From NCBI GenBank assembly GCA_045561235.1, contig JBJKYB010000001.1, forward strand, positions 10,566 to 74,565: 64,000 nt of DNA, given 5' to 3'. Numbering within the stretch: the first letter of the stretch is position 1; every line of letters starts with the position of its first letter. Positions 1 through 9,379 of the stretch are shown in pieces. Origin of the DNA: Gammaproteobacteria bacterium (GTDB lineage: Bacteria; Pseudomonadota; Gammaproteobacteria; Poriferisulfidales; GCA-002705445). The position numbers and the translations under genes are program-made. A model generated the notes under the pieces. The model was not told the origin of the DNA and searched no databases. It was given only the letters and a program-made list of their open reading frames with translations.

Positions 1-865
1 TAATAATCTGAGTGTGTGTTCCAACATAAATTCTCAAAGTCCCTCTTTCCAGAAATAAAGCCGAATCTGTATTTGGTCTTATAAGCATATAAGTAGTTTT
101 TTCAATTAATTGATTAGTTAACAAACTTCCTTTTCTTGGATCACTTTTATTATTTTTTAAAGATATTGCAATTCTTGAAGATGAGGTAATTAAAGTATTC
201 AATTTTTGACCTACTGACTCTACTTCTCTTATATCTAATTGAGTTTGTTGATCATCTACAAACACCTTGTCAAAACTCATATTTTTACTTGCTGTTCCAG
301 TAATTACTTTTCCTATCCCCTCAATAGAAAACACTCTATCAACCCACAAAGAGGGAGGATTTATATTTGATTCAGACTTGTTAAAAAATTCATAAATAAT
401 TTTTTGTACTGATTTTTTATCACTATTTATTGAACTAAACTCAACCAACGAGTAATTAATCTCTTTGAAGTCAATTAATTTATTTATCAATTCATTTTTG
501 CCAAACACGATATCTTTTTTATCTGTTTTAGTCAGGAAAAAGAGTAGATTATTAATTCCTAGATTTATAAGTGATAAAAAATGCTCTTCTGATTGTTGAG
601 ACCAACCTTGGGTTGAGTCAACACAAAACAAAACTCCATCAACATTGGAGAAACCACTAATTGTATTTTTAAAATAATCTGTGTGACCCGGCACATCAAC
701 AATTGAAAATCTATTTTTTTCATAATCAAAGTATGTATAGCCAAGGCTAATGGTTAGGCCTCTTTGTTTTTCCTCTTTCAAGCGGTCAGTTTCTTGTCCT
801 GTTAAGAAATTAACTAATGTGGACTTGCCATGATCAACATGGCCAGCTGTCGCTAATACGGTCAT
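1..865 (-). CDS. selB: Selenocysteine-specific translation elongation factor (N-terminal part; runs off the window edge)
   Basis: Manual translation from ATG at 865: MTVLATAGHVDHGKSTLVNFLTGQETDRLKEEKQRGLTISLGY...IVDVPGH...; ATGA overlap with selA stop. Confidence 0.93.
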   Translation of the reverse strand, partial: MTVLATAGHVDHGKSTLVNFLTGQETDRLKEEKQRGLTISLGYTYFDYEKNRFSIVDVPGHTDYFKNTISGFSNVDGVLFCVDSTQGWSQQSEEHFLSLINLGINNLLFFLTKTDKKDIVFGKNELINKLIDFKEINYSLVEFSSINSDKKSVQKIIYEFFNKSESNINPPSLWVDRVFSIEGIGKVITGTASKNMSFDKVFVDDQQTQLDIREVESVGQKLNTLITSSSRIAISLKNNKSDPRKGSLLTNQLIEKTTYMLIRPNTDSALFLERGTLRIYVGTHTQII

Positions 866-2157
866 AATGAATTTAAAAATTTAGCAATTTCATCATCTTG
901 ACTTTCGAACACACTTCTCAAATCAATATTTATTTTTTCATTAACCACTCTTGGAATAATTGGATATTCATTGCTAATTAGTTTCATCAAAACACTATCT
1001 GATTTATCGACATCTAGAACCATTACAGGAGAATCTAGAGTTATGTTCGGCAGCGTTCCACCCCCAATCAGGCTTTCACCATTAATAATTTTGTATTTTA
1101 TATTGCTTTTTTCAGTAATTTTTTCAAATCTACTTTCTAGCTCCGAATAAGTCTTTTTTAAAAGGTTCCAAAATGGAATATCCTCTTCATCTTTTTGAAT
1201 GTATAATTCTGTAGTTTTTTGAAGTTCATATAAAATTATATCTGAGCATCTGTAAGTTCTGAAGATGCTGAAGTTTTTTATTGAATTTATCAATTCGTTT
1301 TTTCCTGCAATAATTCCAGATTGCACTGAGCCAAATAATTTATCTCCAGAGAACATCACAATATCAACGCCATCTTTTATGGATTGTTGAACTCTCGGCT
1401 CATGTTCAAATATTGATAAACTGTGTTTTGATAGAAAAGAATTTTCAACTACTAAGCCACTACCCAGATCATGGATTAGTAATGTATCATATTTATTTTT
1501 TAAATCAGCAAGTTCAGCAATTCCAACCTCTTCAGTAAAGCCACTAATTGAAAAATTGCTTCTATGAACTTTTAACACAACAGAGTTAGGATATTCTCTT
1601 AAGGCACCTTCATAATCACTTAAACGGGTTTTATTTGTTGTACCAACCTCAATTAAATTCATGCCAGTTTCAGATATTATATCTGGAAGCCTGTAAGAAC
1701 CTCCAATTTCAATGATTTCACCTCTTGACACTATGACTGTATCTTTACTATGTTTTTTTGCTAGGCATAGTAAAGACAGGTATAGAGAGGAGGCGTTGTT
1801 GTTTACGAAAGCTACATTTTCAACACCTAATAAAACCTTCATAGACTCTGTTAAATAATCATTGCGATTACCTCTTGAAGCAGTTGTTAAGTCGTATTCT
1901 ATATTTGTATACATTCCTGAAAAAGACATATTTACTGGAGATCTACCTAAATTTGTATGCAGCACAGTACCAGTTGCATTTATAATTTCTCTTTGTTTTT
2001 TTAAACTTAGTTTGTTGATTAACAACTTGAACTCTTTTTTTGCATCTTCAGCATTTTTAATTGAAGAGAGAATATTTTTTGCGAATTCAATCTTTATATC
2101 TCGAGGAAGATTCGAGTTTGTTGATTCAACCAAGCTATTTACTGAAATATTTCCCAT
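862..2157 (-). CDS. selA: L-seryl-tRNA(Sec) selenium transferase
   Basis: INATGTVLHTNLGRS, VNNNA, SRGEIIEIGGSYRLPDI, EVGTTNKT, HDLGSG, FSGDKLFG (PLP Lys) motifs; adjacent to selB. Confidence 0.95.
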   Translation of the reverse strand: MGNISVNSLVESTNSNLPRDIKIEFAKNILSSIKNAEDAKKEFKLLINKLSLKKQREIINATGTVLHTNLGRSPVNMSFSGMYTNIEYDLTTASRGNRNDYLTESMKVLLGVENVAFVNNNASSLYLSLLCLAKKHSKDTVIVSRGEIIEIGGSYRLPDIISETGMNLIEVGTTNKTRLSDYEGALREYPNSVVLKVHRSNFSISGFTEEVGIAELADLKNKYDTLLIHDLGSGLVVENSFLSKHSLSIFEHEPRVQQSIKDGVDIVMFSGDKLFGSVQSGIIAGKNELINSIKNFSIFRTYRCSDIILYELQKTTELYIQKDEEDIPFWNLLKKTYSELESRFEKITEKSNIKYKIINGESLIGGGTLPNITLDSPVMVLDVDKSDSVLMKLISNEYPIIPRVVNEKINIDLRSVFESQDDEIAKFLNSL

Positions 2158-3284
2158 TACTTAGCAAGCTCTTCAAAAACCTTTGCTAGACGCCCAGTAC
2201 AGGTTTCATCAACTATTGGAGGTAGTTTTTCAGCAATTGCAGAAACGAGTTTTTCAATTTCTGTTTTAGTAGGAGTGTTTTTTTCTTGAAGTATTAACGG
2301 TGTCCCGTCATCTGCAATATCATTTGTGTCTTCACTGATAGGAATTTTCCCCAGCATTGGAAGAGCGAACTGTTCTGCTAGTGCATCTCCTCCACCTTGG
2401 CCAAATATATTAAATTTATCACCAGTATTTGTCTCAAAGTATGACATGTTTTCAATTACACCTAAAAGCGGTATAAAACTTCTTTTTGCCATATCAGCAA
2501 CTCTAGTTGCAACTTTTTGTGCCATGAGTTGAGGGGTTGTAACAACGATAAGTTCAGCTTGTGGAAGTAATCTACTTAATGCCATTTGAATATCACCCGT
2601 ACCTGGTGGAAGATCAATTATTAAGTAATCAAGATCTCCCCACTCTACATTTGTAAGAAATTGTTCCAATGCCTTGCTCAACATTAATCCACGCCACATG
2701 AGAGCAGTATCTTCGTCACTTGTAATGAGTCCGGTTGAAATTACTTTTAAGTTGTCATAGACAAACGGAACCATTAGTTTATCTTCGTTTGCTTCAATTC
2801 TTCCTTTAATTCCTAGAAGTCGAGGAATAGAAAATCCCCAAATATCAGCATCAAGAAGTCCTGTTTTAAATCCTTTTTTTGATAATCCAAGGGCAATATT
2901 TGTTGATAAAGTAGACTTTCCAACACCGCCTTTACCACTACCTATTGCAATTACTCTTGTTCTTGGATCAATTTTTGTTGGTTGGGCGTTTTCTCTTGCT
3001 TTTTTTCTCGCTTTTTCCATAACTGCAGTTCTATCTTTTTGATCCATAGCAACAACATTAATTTGAACGGTTTCGACATTCTCAAGTAATGTTAGTTTTC
3101 TATTAATTTCTTTCTCAATTTGACTTCTCATTGGACAATCTGCAATTGTTAGAGCAAGGTCAATTTTGACAACAGATCCTTCATGATCTACTTTTTTCAC
3201 CATACCAAGCTCAACAATATTAGCTCCTAACTCAGGATCAAACACTGTAGATAGGTGTTTTAGCAATATATCACTTTGTGTCAT
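2157..3284 (-). CDS. mrp: Mrp/ApbC/NBP35 Fe-S cluster carrier ATPase with N-terminal DUF59 domain
   Basis: DPELGANIVELGMV (DUF59), GSGKGGVGKST, DADIWG, WRG, DLPPGTGD, ENMS. Confidence 0.93.
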   Translation of the reverse strand: MTQSDILLKHLSTVFDPELGANIVELGMVKKVDHEGSVVKIDLALTIADCPMRSQIEKEINRKLTLLENVETVQINVVAMDQKDRTAVMEKARKKARENAQPTKIDPRTRVIAIGSGKGGVGKSTLSTNIALGLSKKGFKTGLLDADIWGFSIPRLLGIKGRIEANEDKLMVPFVYDNLKVISTGLITSDEDTALMWRGLMLSKALEQFLTNVEWGDLDYLIIDLPPGTGDIQMALSRLLPQAELIVVTTPQLMAQKVATRVADMAKRSFIPLLGVIENMSYFETNTGDKFNIFGQGGGDALAEQFALPMLGKIPISEDTNDIADDGTPLILQEKNTPTKTEIEKLVSAIAEKLPPIVDETCTGRLAKVFEELAK

Positions 3285-3361
3285 ACGAATATTCTAAGTA
3301 GATTTGTGAAAGATGTAATTATTAATTTATTGAATATTCGTTTTCTTGTTATAATAGGACT

Positions 3362-3709
3362 ATGGATATACAAATCAAATCATCAAGAGCAGTGCTCGCA
3401 ACAGACAGTGCTGTAAAAAAACTTATAGAACTTAAATCAGAGGAAACAGCAGAAGAAAGCTTCCTCAGAATGGGAGTAAAACCAGGAGGTTGCTCTGGCT
3501 ATTCATATGAGATGTTCTTTGATACAGATAAATTTGATGGTGACGTAATAGAAGAGTACGACGGGGTCAACATTGTTGTAGATGGTCAAAGCCTAGAACA
3601 TATCAAAGGTGCAACTTTAGATTACAAAGAAGGCTTAATGGAAACAGGTTTCTCCATTGAAAATCCAAATGTATCCAGAACATGCGGTTGCGGAAATAGC
3701 TTTAGTTAA
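3362..3709 (+). CDS. erpA: A-type Fe-S cluster carrier (ErpA/IscA, HesB family)
   Basis: GGCSG and C-terminal CGCGNSF motifs. Confidence 0.9.
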   Translation: MDIQIKSSRAVLATDSAVKKLIELKSEETAEESFLRMGVKPGGCSGYSYEMFFDTDKFDGDVIEEYDGVNIVVDGQSLEHIKGATLDYKEGLMETGFSIENPNVSRTCGCGNSFS

Positions 3710-4331
3710 ATTTATAACCGACTGAGTGTACTGTTTTAATCCAATTATTTCTTTGGTCACCGAGCTTCGCTCTCAGTCTTCTTACATGAACATCGACTGT
3801 TCTAGCTCCACCGAAATAATCATAACCCCAAACTTTTTCTAGAAGCTGCTCTCTAGACCAAACATTTTCTTGGTTTAAAACAAAAAACTTTAACAATTCA
3901 TATTCCATGAATGTTAGATCAAGCAGTACATCACCAGCTTTTGCTTCATATGTTTTTAAATTAATATTAAGGTCTTTGAACTCAAGTATTTCTGAATCAC
4001 TGTGACCAACTAGTGCATGAACCCTTGCGTCGACCTCTGGTAATTTACTAGAACTTGAAATCAATTCAATTTGAGGGTTTTGAATTAGATCAACTGTTTG
4101 TTCAAAATCTACTTCATTAACAATAATTAAAGTAGGAAAAGGTTTAGTGGAGGATTCTAAATCTGACAAATTTTTCTTAGTTTCACCGTATTTCGATAGT
4201 GATGTTATAACTAAATGTATTTGATTTGGGGTTTGTATATTCTTAATGACGAGTTTTTTAACACCAGAAGACTTTAATAAATCTTCAAAGTTTTTATGTT
4301 CTTTATCTATGTTTATATATGTATCTATCAT
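3702..4331 (-). CDS. glnR: OmpR-family regulator with atypical receiver, GlnR-like
   Basis: LTFMEYELLKF...VWGYDYFGGARTVDVHVRRLRAKLG resembles actinobacterial GlnR winged helix; divergent from glnII; start moved to ATG 4331 to avoid overlap with glnII. Confidence 0.75.
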   Translation of the reverse strand: MIDTYINIDKEHKNFEDLLKSSGVKKLVIKNIQTPNQIHLVITSLSKYGETKKNLSDLESSTKPFPTLIIVNEVDFEQTVDLIQNPQIELISSSSKLPEVDARVHALVGHSDSEILEFKDLNINLKTYEAKAGDVLLDLTFMEYELLKFFVLNQENVWSREQLLEKVWGYDYFGGARTVDVHVRRLRAKLGDQRNNWIKTVHSVGYKFN

Positions 4332-4334
4332 CTC

Positions 4335-4361
4335 GAAACAATTATTTAATAATTCTGTAAC
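4335..4361 (+). promoter_or_regulatory. Candidate GlnR box upstream of glnII
   Basis: GAAAC-n6-TTAAT-n6-GTAAC, pentamers at 11-bp spacing, just upstream of TACATT -10 (4383-4388). Confidence 0.45.
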
Positions 4362-4394
4362 AACATTGCTTGAAATATATATTACATTATTTTC

Positions 4395-5423
4395 ATGAAG
4401 ATAAAAGCAGAATATATATGGATTGACGGTCAAACTCCAACCGCAAAATTAAGGAGTAAAACAAAGATAATAGATCAAGAAACAGAGCCACCTATTTGGG
4501 GTTTTGATGGTTCCAGCACCCAACAAGCATCAGGGGACCAATCTGACTGCGTATTAAAGCCAGTTGCACAATTTCCTGATCCAATTAGAGGTGGCGATAA
4601 CATTTTGGTGATGTGTGAAGTAATGAATGTTGACATGACTCCACATACATCAAACACTAGAGCTGCATTAGTAGAGTCAGCTGAAAACTTTGGAGAATTT
4701 GAGCCTTGGTTTGGAATGGAACAAGAGTACACATTTTACGAACAGTCTTACGACTCACTTAAATATGGACAACCTTTAGGGTTCCCTCCATCAGGATACC
4801 CAGCTCCACAAGGAGGTTACTACTGTGGTGTGGGTGCTGACGAAGTTTATGGAAGAGAAATCTCTGAAGCTCATGCAACAGCTTGCATAGAAGCTGGATT
4901 AGGCATTTCAGGAACAAATGCTGAAGTTATGCCTGGTCAGTGGGAGTTCCAAATTGGACCTGTAAGCGCACCAGACATTGGTGACCAAATTTGGGTCGCA
5001 AGATGGTTGCTATACAGAATAGCTGAAGATTGGAATATTTCTGCAACACTAGATCCAAAACCTGTAAAGGGTGATTGGAACGGTGCAGGTATGCATACCA
5101 ACTTCTCGACTAAACAGATGAGAGAGGACGGCGGATACGACGCAATAGTTGCAGGATGTGAAGCTCTTGGTAAAAATGCTGATTTGCATGTAAAAAATTA
5201 TGGTGCAAACATTGAAGACAGACTAACAGGTGACCATGAAACTCAAAGTTTTGATACTTTTTCTTATGGAGTTAGCGACAGAGGAGCGTCAATTAGAATT
5301 CCATGGCAGGTTGAAGTTGATAAAAAAGGTTATCTAGAAGATAGAAGACCAAATGCTAATGGAGATCCTTACGTCATTGCAATGTTAATGATTGATACAG
5401 TTTGTTCAGCAGCTTCTAGTTAG
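4395..5423 (+). CDS. glnII: Glutamine synthetase type II
   Basis: AEYIWIDG, WGFDGSST, GMEQEY, NAEVMPGQWEFQIGP, WNGAGMHTNFST, YLEDRRP; 342 aa. Confidence 0.95.
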   Translation: MKIKAEYIWIDGQTPTAKLRSKTKIIDQETEPPIWGFDGSSTQQASGDQSDCVLKPVAQFPDPIRGGDNILVMCEVMNVDMTPHTSNTRAALVESAENFGEFEPWFGMEQEYTFYEQSYDSLKYGQPLGFPPSGYPAPQGGYYCGVGADEVYGREISEAHATACIEAGLGISGTNAEVMPGQWEFQIGPVSAPDIGDQIWVARWLLYRIAEDWNISATLDPKPVKGDWNGAGMHTNFSTKQMREDGGYDAIVAGCEALGKNADLHVKNYGANIEDRLTGDHETQSFDTFSYGVSDRGASIRIPWQVEVDKKGYLEDRRPNANGDPYVIAMLMIDTVCSAASS

Positions 5424-5432
5424 AAGCTGTTG
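5407..5432. terminator. Hairpin across the overlapping stops of two convergent genes
   Basis: CAGCAGCTTCT-AGTT-AGAAGCTGTTG, 11-bp stem with one G-U pair; no U-tract. Confidence 0.35.
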
Positions 5433-6021
5433 CAACAATTTCAGAAATCTTTTCTATTAGTTGATCAAGATTCTCATTAAATGAATCTAAAGCAGCTGCT
5501 CTTCTTTCTCCAGTATCAGAAGATTCAAGACCAGCTTTAAGTTCAACAGTATCTTCGTAGATCAAACTTACTAAAGTTTTTATTTCTTCATGACTTGTAA
5601 CCAAATTGGCATAAGTATTTGGAGGTCCAGGATTTGACACTGTATCAACAAACTCATTCCATTTGGCAATAAAGACATCAAATTCATCTTTTGCTTCTTG
5701 ATAGGTTACTGTTTTGTTATCCCAGTTATCATTTGCTTGCAAAACTTCTTCACCAAGGCTAATTGCTACTATCCTTTCTCCATTAATTTCTTCAAGATAG
5801 GAAATGTAATCATCCGGCAATGTTGTAGTGGTTGTAGTTGTAGTGGTGTCTTCTATTGTCTCTTCGGATACAGTTTGAACAGTGGTGTCTTCTACAACAA
5901 TGTTCAAGTCATTATTTGTTGCAACTCTATTGATAAACGTGTAAGTTGTAGCAATCATACCAATTAGTACTAATGGTAAAACTATTCTGCCTGGCTTTGG
6001 GTCCGGATTAAAGGTTTCCAT
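5416..6021 (-). CDS. Membrane-anchored hypothetical protein with Thr-rich linker and acidic helical domain
   Basis: N-terminal hydrophobic helix, poly-T run, 201 aa ORF. Confidence 0.75.
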   Translation of the reverse strand: METFNPDPKPGRIVLPLVLIGMIATTYTFINRVATNNDLNIVVEDTTVQTVSEETIEDTTTTTTTTTLPDDYISYLEEINGERIVAISLGEEVLQANDNWDNKTVTYQEAKDEFDVFIAKWNEFVDTVSNPGPPNTYANLVTSHEEIKTLVSLIYEDTVELKAGLESSDTGERRAAALDSFNENLDQLIEKISEIVATASN

Positions 6022-6023
6022 AG

Positions 6024-6266
6024 CTATATTGTATCAAACTTATTTAATATATCGTTATTAATCATATTCCAGTCCGAGGACTCTTCTTTTGTAATTGTTA
6101 AGAATCCAGGACCAGTAAAAATCGAGAGAATTCCATCTACCTCGATTAAATCTTTTGCAACCCCAATAATATTTTCACTTTCTTTTTTTATATATGTAGC
6201 GATTTCATAGTCATGTTCAATTAAAACTTTTTTAGCGTTTGGGTTTGGTGTGTCTATTAAATTCAT
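6024..6266 (-). CDS. NifU N-terminal (scaffold) domain protein
   Basis: TPNPNAKK...FLTITK...W pattern typical of Nfu_N. Confidence 0.8.
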   Translation of the reverse strand: MNLIDTPNPNAKKVLIEHDYEIATYIKKESENIIGVAKDLIEVDGILSIFTGPGFLTITKEESSDWNMINNDILNKFDTI

Positions 6267-6308
6267 ATTTCAATAATATTTTAATATAAAAAGAACTAAT
6301 ATGTCTGT

Positions 6309-6851
6309 ATGCAATACGAACTTAGTAATTTAACAAAAAATAATATCAGTTTGAGTCGTAATCAAATTTTTCCAATTATAGGTTTGTATTTCTTTGTTTT
6401 GGGTACATCCTTGCTTGGCTTCTCGGTATATTTATTTCTTGAGTCGGCTGGGATTGTAGAACAAACTCTTATAAATTGGAATGGCCAAGGATTATTTTGG
6501 TCATTTATAACATTTTTTGCTTCTCTTTTTATTTTGTTTATACCTGTAGAGTTTTTTGATAAATACTTTATTGAAAACAGATCATTTAGAAACCTTCTTA
6601 CCAATGTTGTTTCCGTGATATTTATATCCCTTTTTTTTCTAATATTATTTCAAGTTTTACTAAGGAATCAAAATATTTTTGTAAATGAATATTTAGTGAT
6701 CGCAAGAGCTGTATCGTTTTCCGGTTTTATAGCAATTCCTTTATTACTATTTTTATTTCATAATTTTGGAAGAAATATCAATTTAATCAATAACAACACG
6801 TACGGATTTACATTAGTTTTCTGGATACTAACTACTCAGATATTTTTATAA
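6309..6851 (+). CDS. Hypothetical integral membrane protein
   Basis: About 5 hydrophobic helices; TAATAT 6 nt before ATG. Confidence 0.75.
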   Translation: MQYELSNLTKNNISLSRNQIFPIIGLYFFVLGTSLLGFSVYLFLESAGIVEQTLINWNGQGLFWSFITFFASLFILFIPVEFFDKYFIENRSFRNLLTNVVSVIFISLFFLILFQVLLRNQNIFVNEYLVIARAVSFSGFIAIPLLLFLFHNFGRNINLINNNTYGFTLVFWILTTQIFL

Positions 6852-8492
6852 TTACATTTCATCAACAGGCAGCATTCCAAGGCAAAACATTGTGTTGTGA
6901 CTTGTAGTCAAAAAGAGATTAGCAATATAGAGTTTTGAAGCAATGTGGCTTGAATCGGTAATATTTGAAAGTTTTTCATTTTCGTAAAATTGATTAAATA
7001 AATTAGAGATTTCATAAAGATAATTTGCAAGATGATGTGGTTCATTTAGTAAAGCTGATTGTTCAAGATAATAAGAAAATAAAAATAATTTTGAAAGCAA
7101 ATGTTTATCTGTTTTGTTTAAAATTAATTCTTCAATTCCTTTGTTATGGTTGTTAATAGTATCTATTAGTTTTTTTGCTCTAACCTGTGAATACTGAACA
7201 TATATACCTGTTTTCCCATTAACATTTGTAAACTTTTCCAAATCAAACTTATAGTCAGTTTTTCTATTTGTGATCAAGTCACTAAATGTTAGAACAGAAT
7301 TAGTTAATTGTGCAATGGTAGAATCATTTAACTCATCATTAATATTTTTTATATAACTACAGGTTTCATTAAATAAATCACTAAGTGGTTTTGTTCCGCC
7401 ATCTCTTGTTTTAAAAGGGTTTCCTTCGTTATCATTTAGCGTACCGTAGGCAATATGTTCATGATATAAATCATTAAATTTGAAAAACTTTATTGAATCA
7501 AATAATTGTTTAAAGTGTAGAGATTGACGATTATCAACAATGTAATATGCCTTATCATATGGAATATTCTTCTGTCTATATAAAATCGTTGCTAAATCTG
7601 TAGTTATGTAGAGGTATGATCCGTCTGACTTAGTAATTAAAACCTTAGGATTGACATCTTCAGCGCTGATTAGTGCGCCACCGTCCTCGACTATCTTCTT
7701 ATTTTTAATTAAGGTATCAATCATTTCAGGTATTAAATTATTTACATCACTTTCCCCAAGCCAGTAATCAAATTTGTGATCTAATGTTTTAAAATTTTCT
7801 TCTAGACTTTTTATAGATATACTTTTTATTATTTTCCAGACAGCAAGCATATCTTTATCGTTATTATTCAGAAGTTTATTAACTTCTTGAGCTCTTTTCT
7901 TGAAGTCACTGTTGTGCTTATACTCTTCACTAGCTTTTGGATAAATTATTTCTAGATGATTAGAGCTTACATTTTCAAGAGCCATATTTTCTTTTTCTAA
8001 ATATGAAATGATTTGAGCTACCGGCATTCCCCAATCTCCCAAGTGAATATCACTTACTACTTTGTTGTTTATAAAAGAATGGATATTATAAAGGCTTCTG
8101 CCAATGTTCAGCGTACGCATATGGCCAACGTGCAATGGTTTACCAATGTTGGGTCCACCATAGTCAAAAATAATCCTATATTTTTTATCATTAATAAAAT
8201 CATTTTTTGTATTGGTTATTTTATTTACAAGAAAATTGTGATTTAAAATTAAGTTAATAAATCCAATATTATTTTTATCTACAGTTTCAAAAATTTGTGA
8301 TTCTTCTATTTTTTTTACAATTTTATCTTTAAGTTCTGTAAAAAAATCTTCTTTGTTGTATTTGACTAAATTATTAATTTGTAGGTCGTATTCATCTAGT
8401 TTTGACACACTTAAACGCACATCTTCATCGAGATCAAATTTTTTAAATTCCTTGTTTAAGGAATCAGTTAAATTATTAAAAATGTTATTCAT
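6852..8492 (-). CDS. argS: Arginine--tRNA ligase
   Basis: FDYGGPNIGKPLHVGHMR (HIGH), HLGDWG, KSDGSYLYITTDLA, FKTRDG, YVQYSQVR. Confidence 0.96.
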   Translation of the reverse strand: MNNIFNNLTDSLNKEFKKFDLDEDVRLSVSKLDEYDLQINNLVKYNKEDFFTELKDKIVKKIEESQIFETVDKNNIGFINLILNHNFLVNKITNTKNDFINDKKYRIIFDYGGPNIGKPLHVGHMRTLNIGRSLYNIHSFINNKVVSDIHLGDWGMPVAQIISYLEKENMALENVSSNHLEIIYPKASEEYKHNSDFKKRAQEVNKLLNNNDKDMLAVWKIIKSISIKSLEENFKTLDHKFDYWLGESDVNNLIPEMIDTLIKNKKIVEDGGALISAEDVNPKVLITKSDGSYLYITTDLATILYRQKNIPYDKAYYIVDNRQSLHFKQLFDSIKFFKFNDLYHEHIAYGTLNDNEGNPFKTRDGGTKPLSDLFNETCSYIKNINDELNDSTIAQLTNSVLTFSDLITNRKTDYKFDLEKFTNVNGKTGIYVQYSQVRAKKLIDTINNHNKGIEELILNKTDKHLLSKLFLFSYYLEQSALLNEPHHLANYLYEISNLFNQFYENEKLSNITDSSHIASKLYIANLFLTTSHNTMFCLGMLPVDEM

Positions 8493-8522
8493 TTAGCAAA
8501 TTTCTATTCTTTATTTTAATGC

Positions 8523-9257
8523 TTATCTACGAAAGAACACTTGCCTCAAAAAGTAAAACACAAATAAAATATTGTCTATTAAATATCTCTTGTAGAGTCT
8601 TTTTGGGTCTTGTATCAATCTTAACAACCACTCAAACCCCATATTTGCAGCCCACTCAGGTGCCTTCTTTTTTGTCCCTGCTACCCACTCAAAAACTCCG
8701 CCAATCCCTACAAAGTTTGAATTATTTTTAGTAATTTTGATTATTTTATCAATAAATATTTCTTGCTTTGGAAAACCAAGTGATACCCAGATAATATCTG
8801 CATTGATATTTTTTATTTCATCTTTATATTTTTCAACAAGAAGATCAGGTTCCATTATTTCTGGACACATGTAGCCTCTTATTTGTATTTCAGGATAAAG
8901 CTTTTCAAGATTGTTAATCATCAATTTAGTTATATATTCATTACTACCAAAAAAATAATGGCTACTGTTTTTACTTAACCCATCTTCAATGGTTTTTAAG
9001 AAAACATTATATCCATCTACCCTCAGAAATTTTTGTTTAGAGATTATTGAAAGAGCTTTTGCGACAGGAAAACCATCAGGAGTTTTAATTGTAAAACTAT
9101 TAATTGTTTCTTTTATATATGAGTTCCGTACACTTCGAACCAGTGTGTTTGCATTACAAATAGCAACTCGTTGGTTAGTTGAGGAGTTTAGAATATTTGA
9201 GACCTCGTTAATATTAGTCTCACTTATATTTGTTTGAAGGACCTTAGTTGTTTTCAT
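8523..9257 (-). CDS. WecB/TagA/CpsF family glycosyltransferase
   Basis: PDGFP, RVDG, VSLGFPKQE, GIGGVF, APEW...EWLLRLIQDPKRL. Confidence 0.92.
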   Translation of the reverse strand: MKTTKVLQTNISETNINEVSNILNSSTNQRVAICNANTLVRSVRNSYIKETINSFTIKTPDGFPVAKALSIISKQKFLRVDGYNVFLKTIEDGLSKNSSHYFFGSNEYITKLMINNLEKLYPEIQIRGYMCPEIMEPDLLVEKYKDEIKNINADIIWVSLGFPKQEIFIDKIIKITKNNSNFVGIGGVFEWVAGTKKKAPEWAANMGFEWLLRLIQDPKRLYKRYLIDNILFVFYFLRQVFFRR

Positions 9258-9305
9258 TATTGAAACTATTATATAAGTATAAAAATTAGATTATGAAAAA
9301 ATCTT

Positions 9306-9379
9306 GCGCCTGTGGCTCAACTGGATAGAGCATCTGACTTCGGATCAGAGGGTTGGGGGTTCGAGTCCCTCCAGGCGTG
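9306..9379 (+). tRNA. tRNA-Arg(UCG)
   Basis: Cloverleaf: acceptor GCGCCTG/CAGGCGT, anticodon arm TCTGA-CTTCGGA-TCAGA, T arm GGGGG-TTCGAGT-CCCTC; CCA not encoded. Confidence 0.93.

Noticed and set aside
3362-3709. Selenoprotein HesB-like gene next to selAB
   Set aside because: All conserved positions are Cys codons; no in-frame TGA
4332-4433. N-terminal extension of the regulator ORF to 4433
   Set aside because: Overlaps the glnII start head-to-head and covers its promoter; ATG 4331 is more plausible
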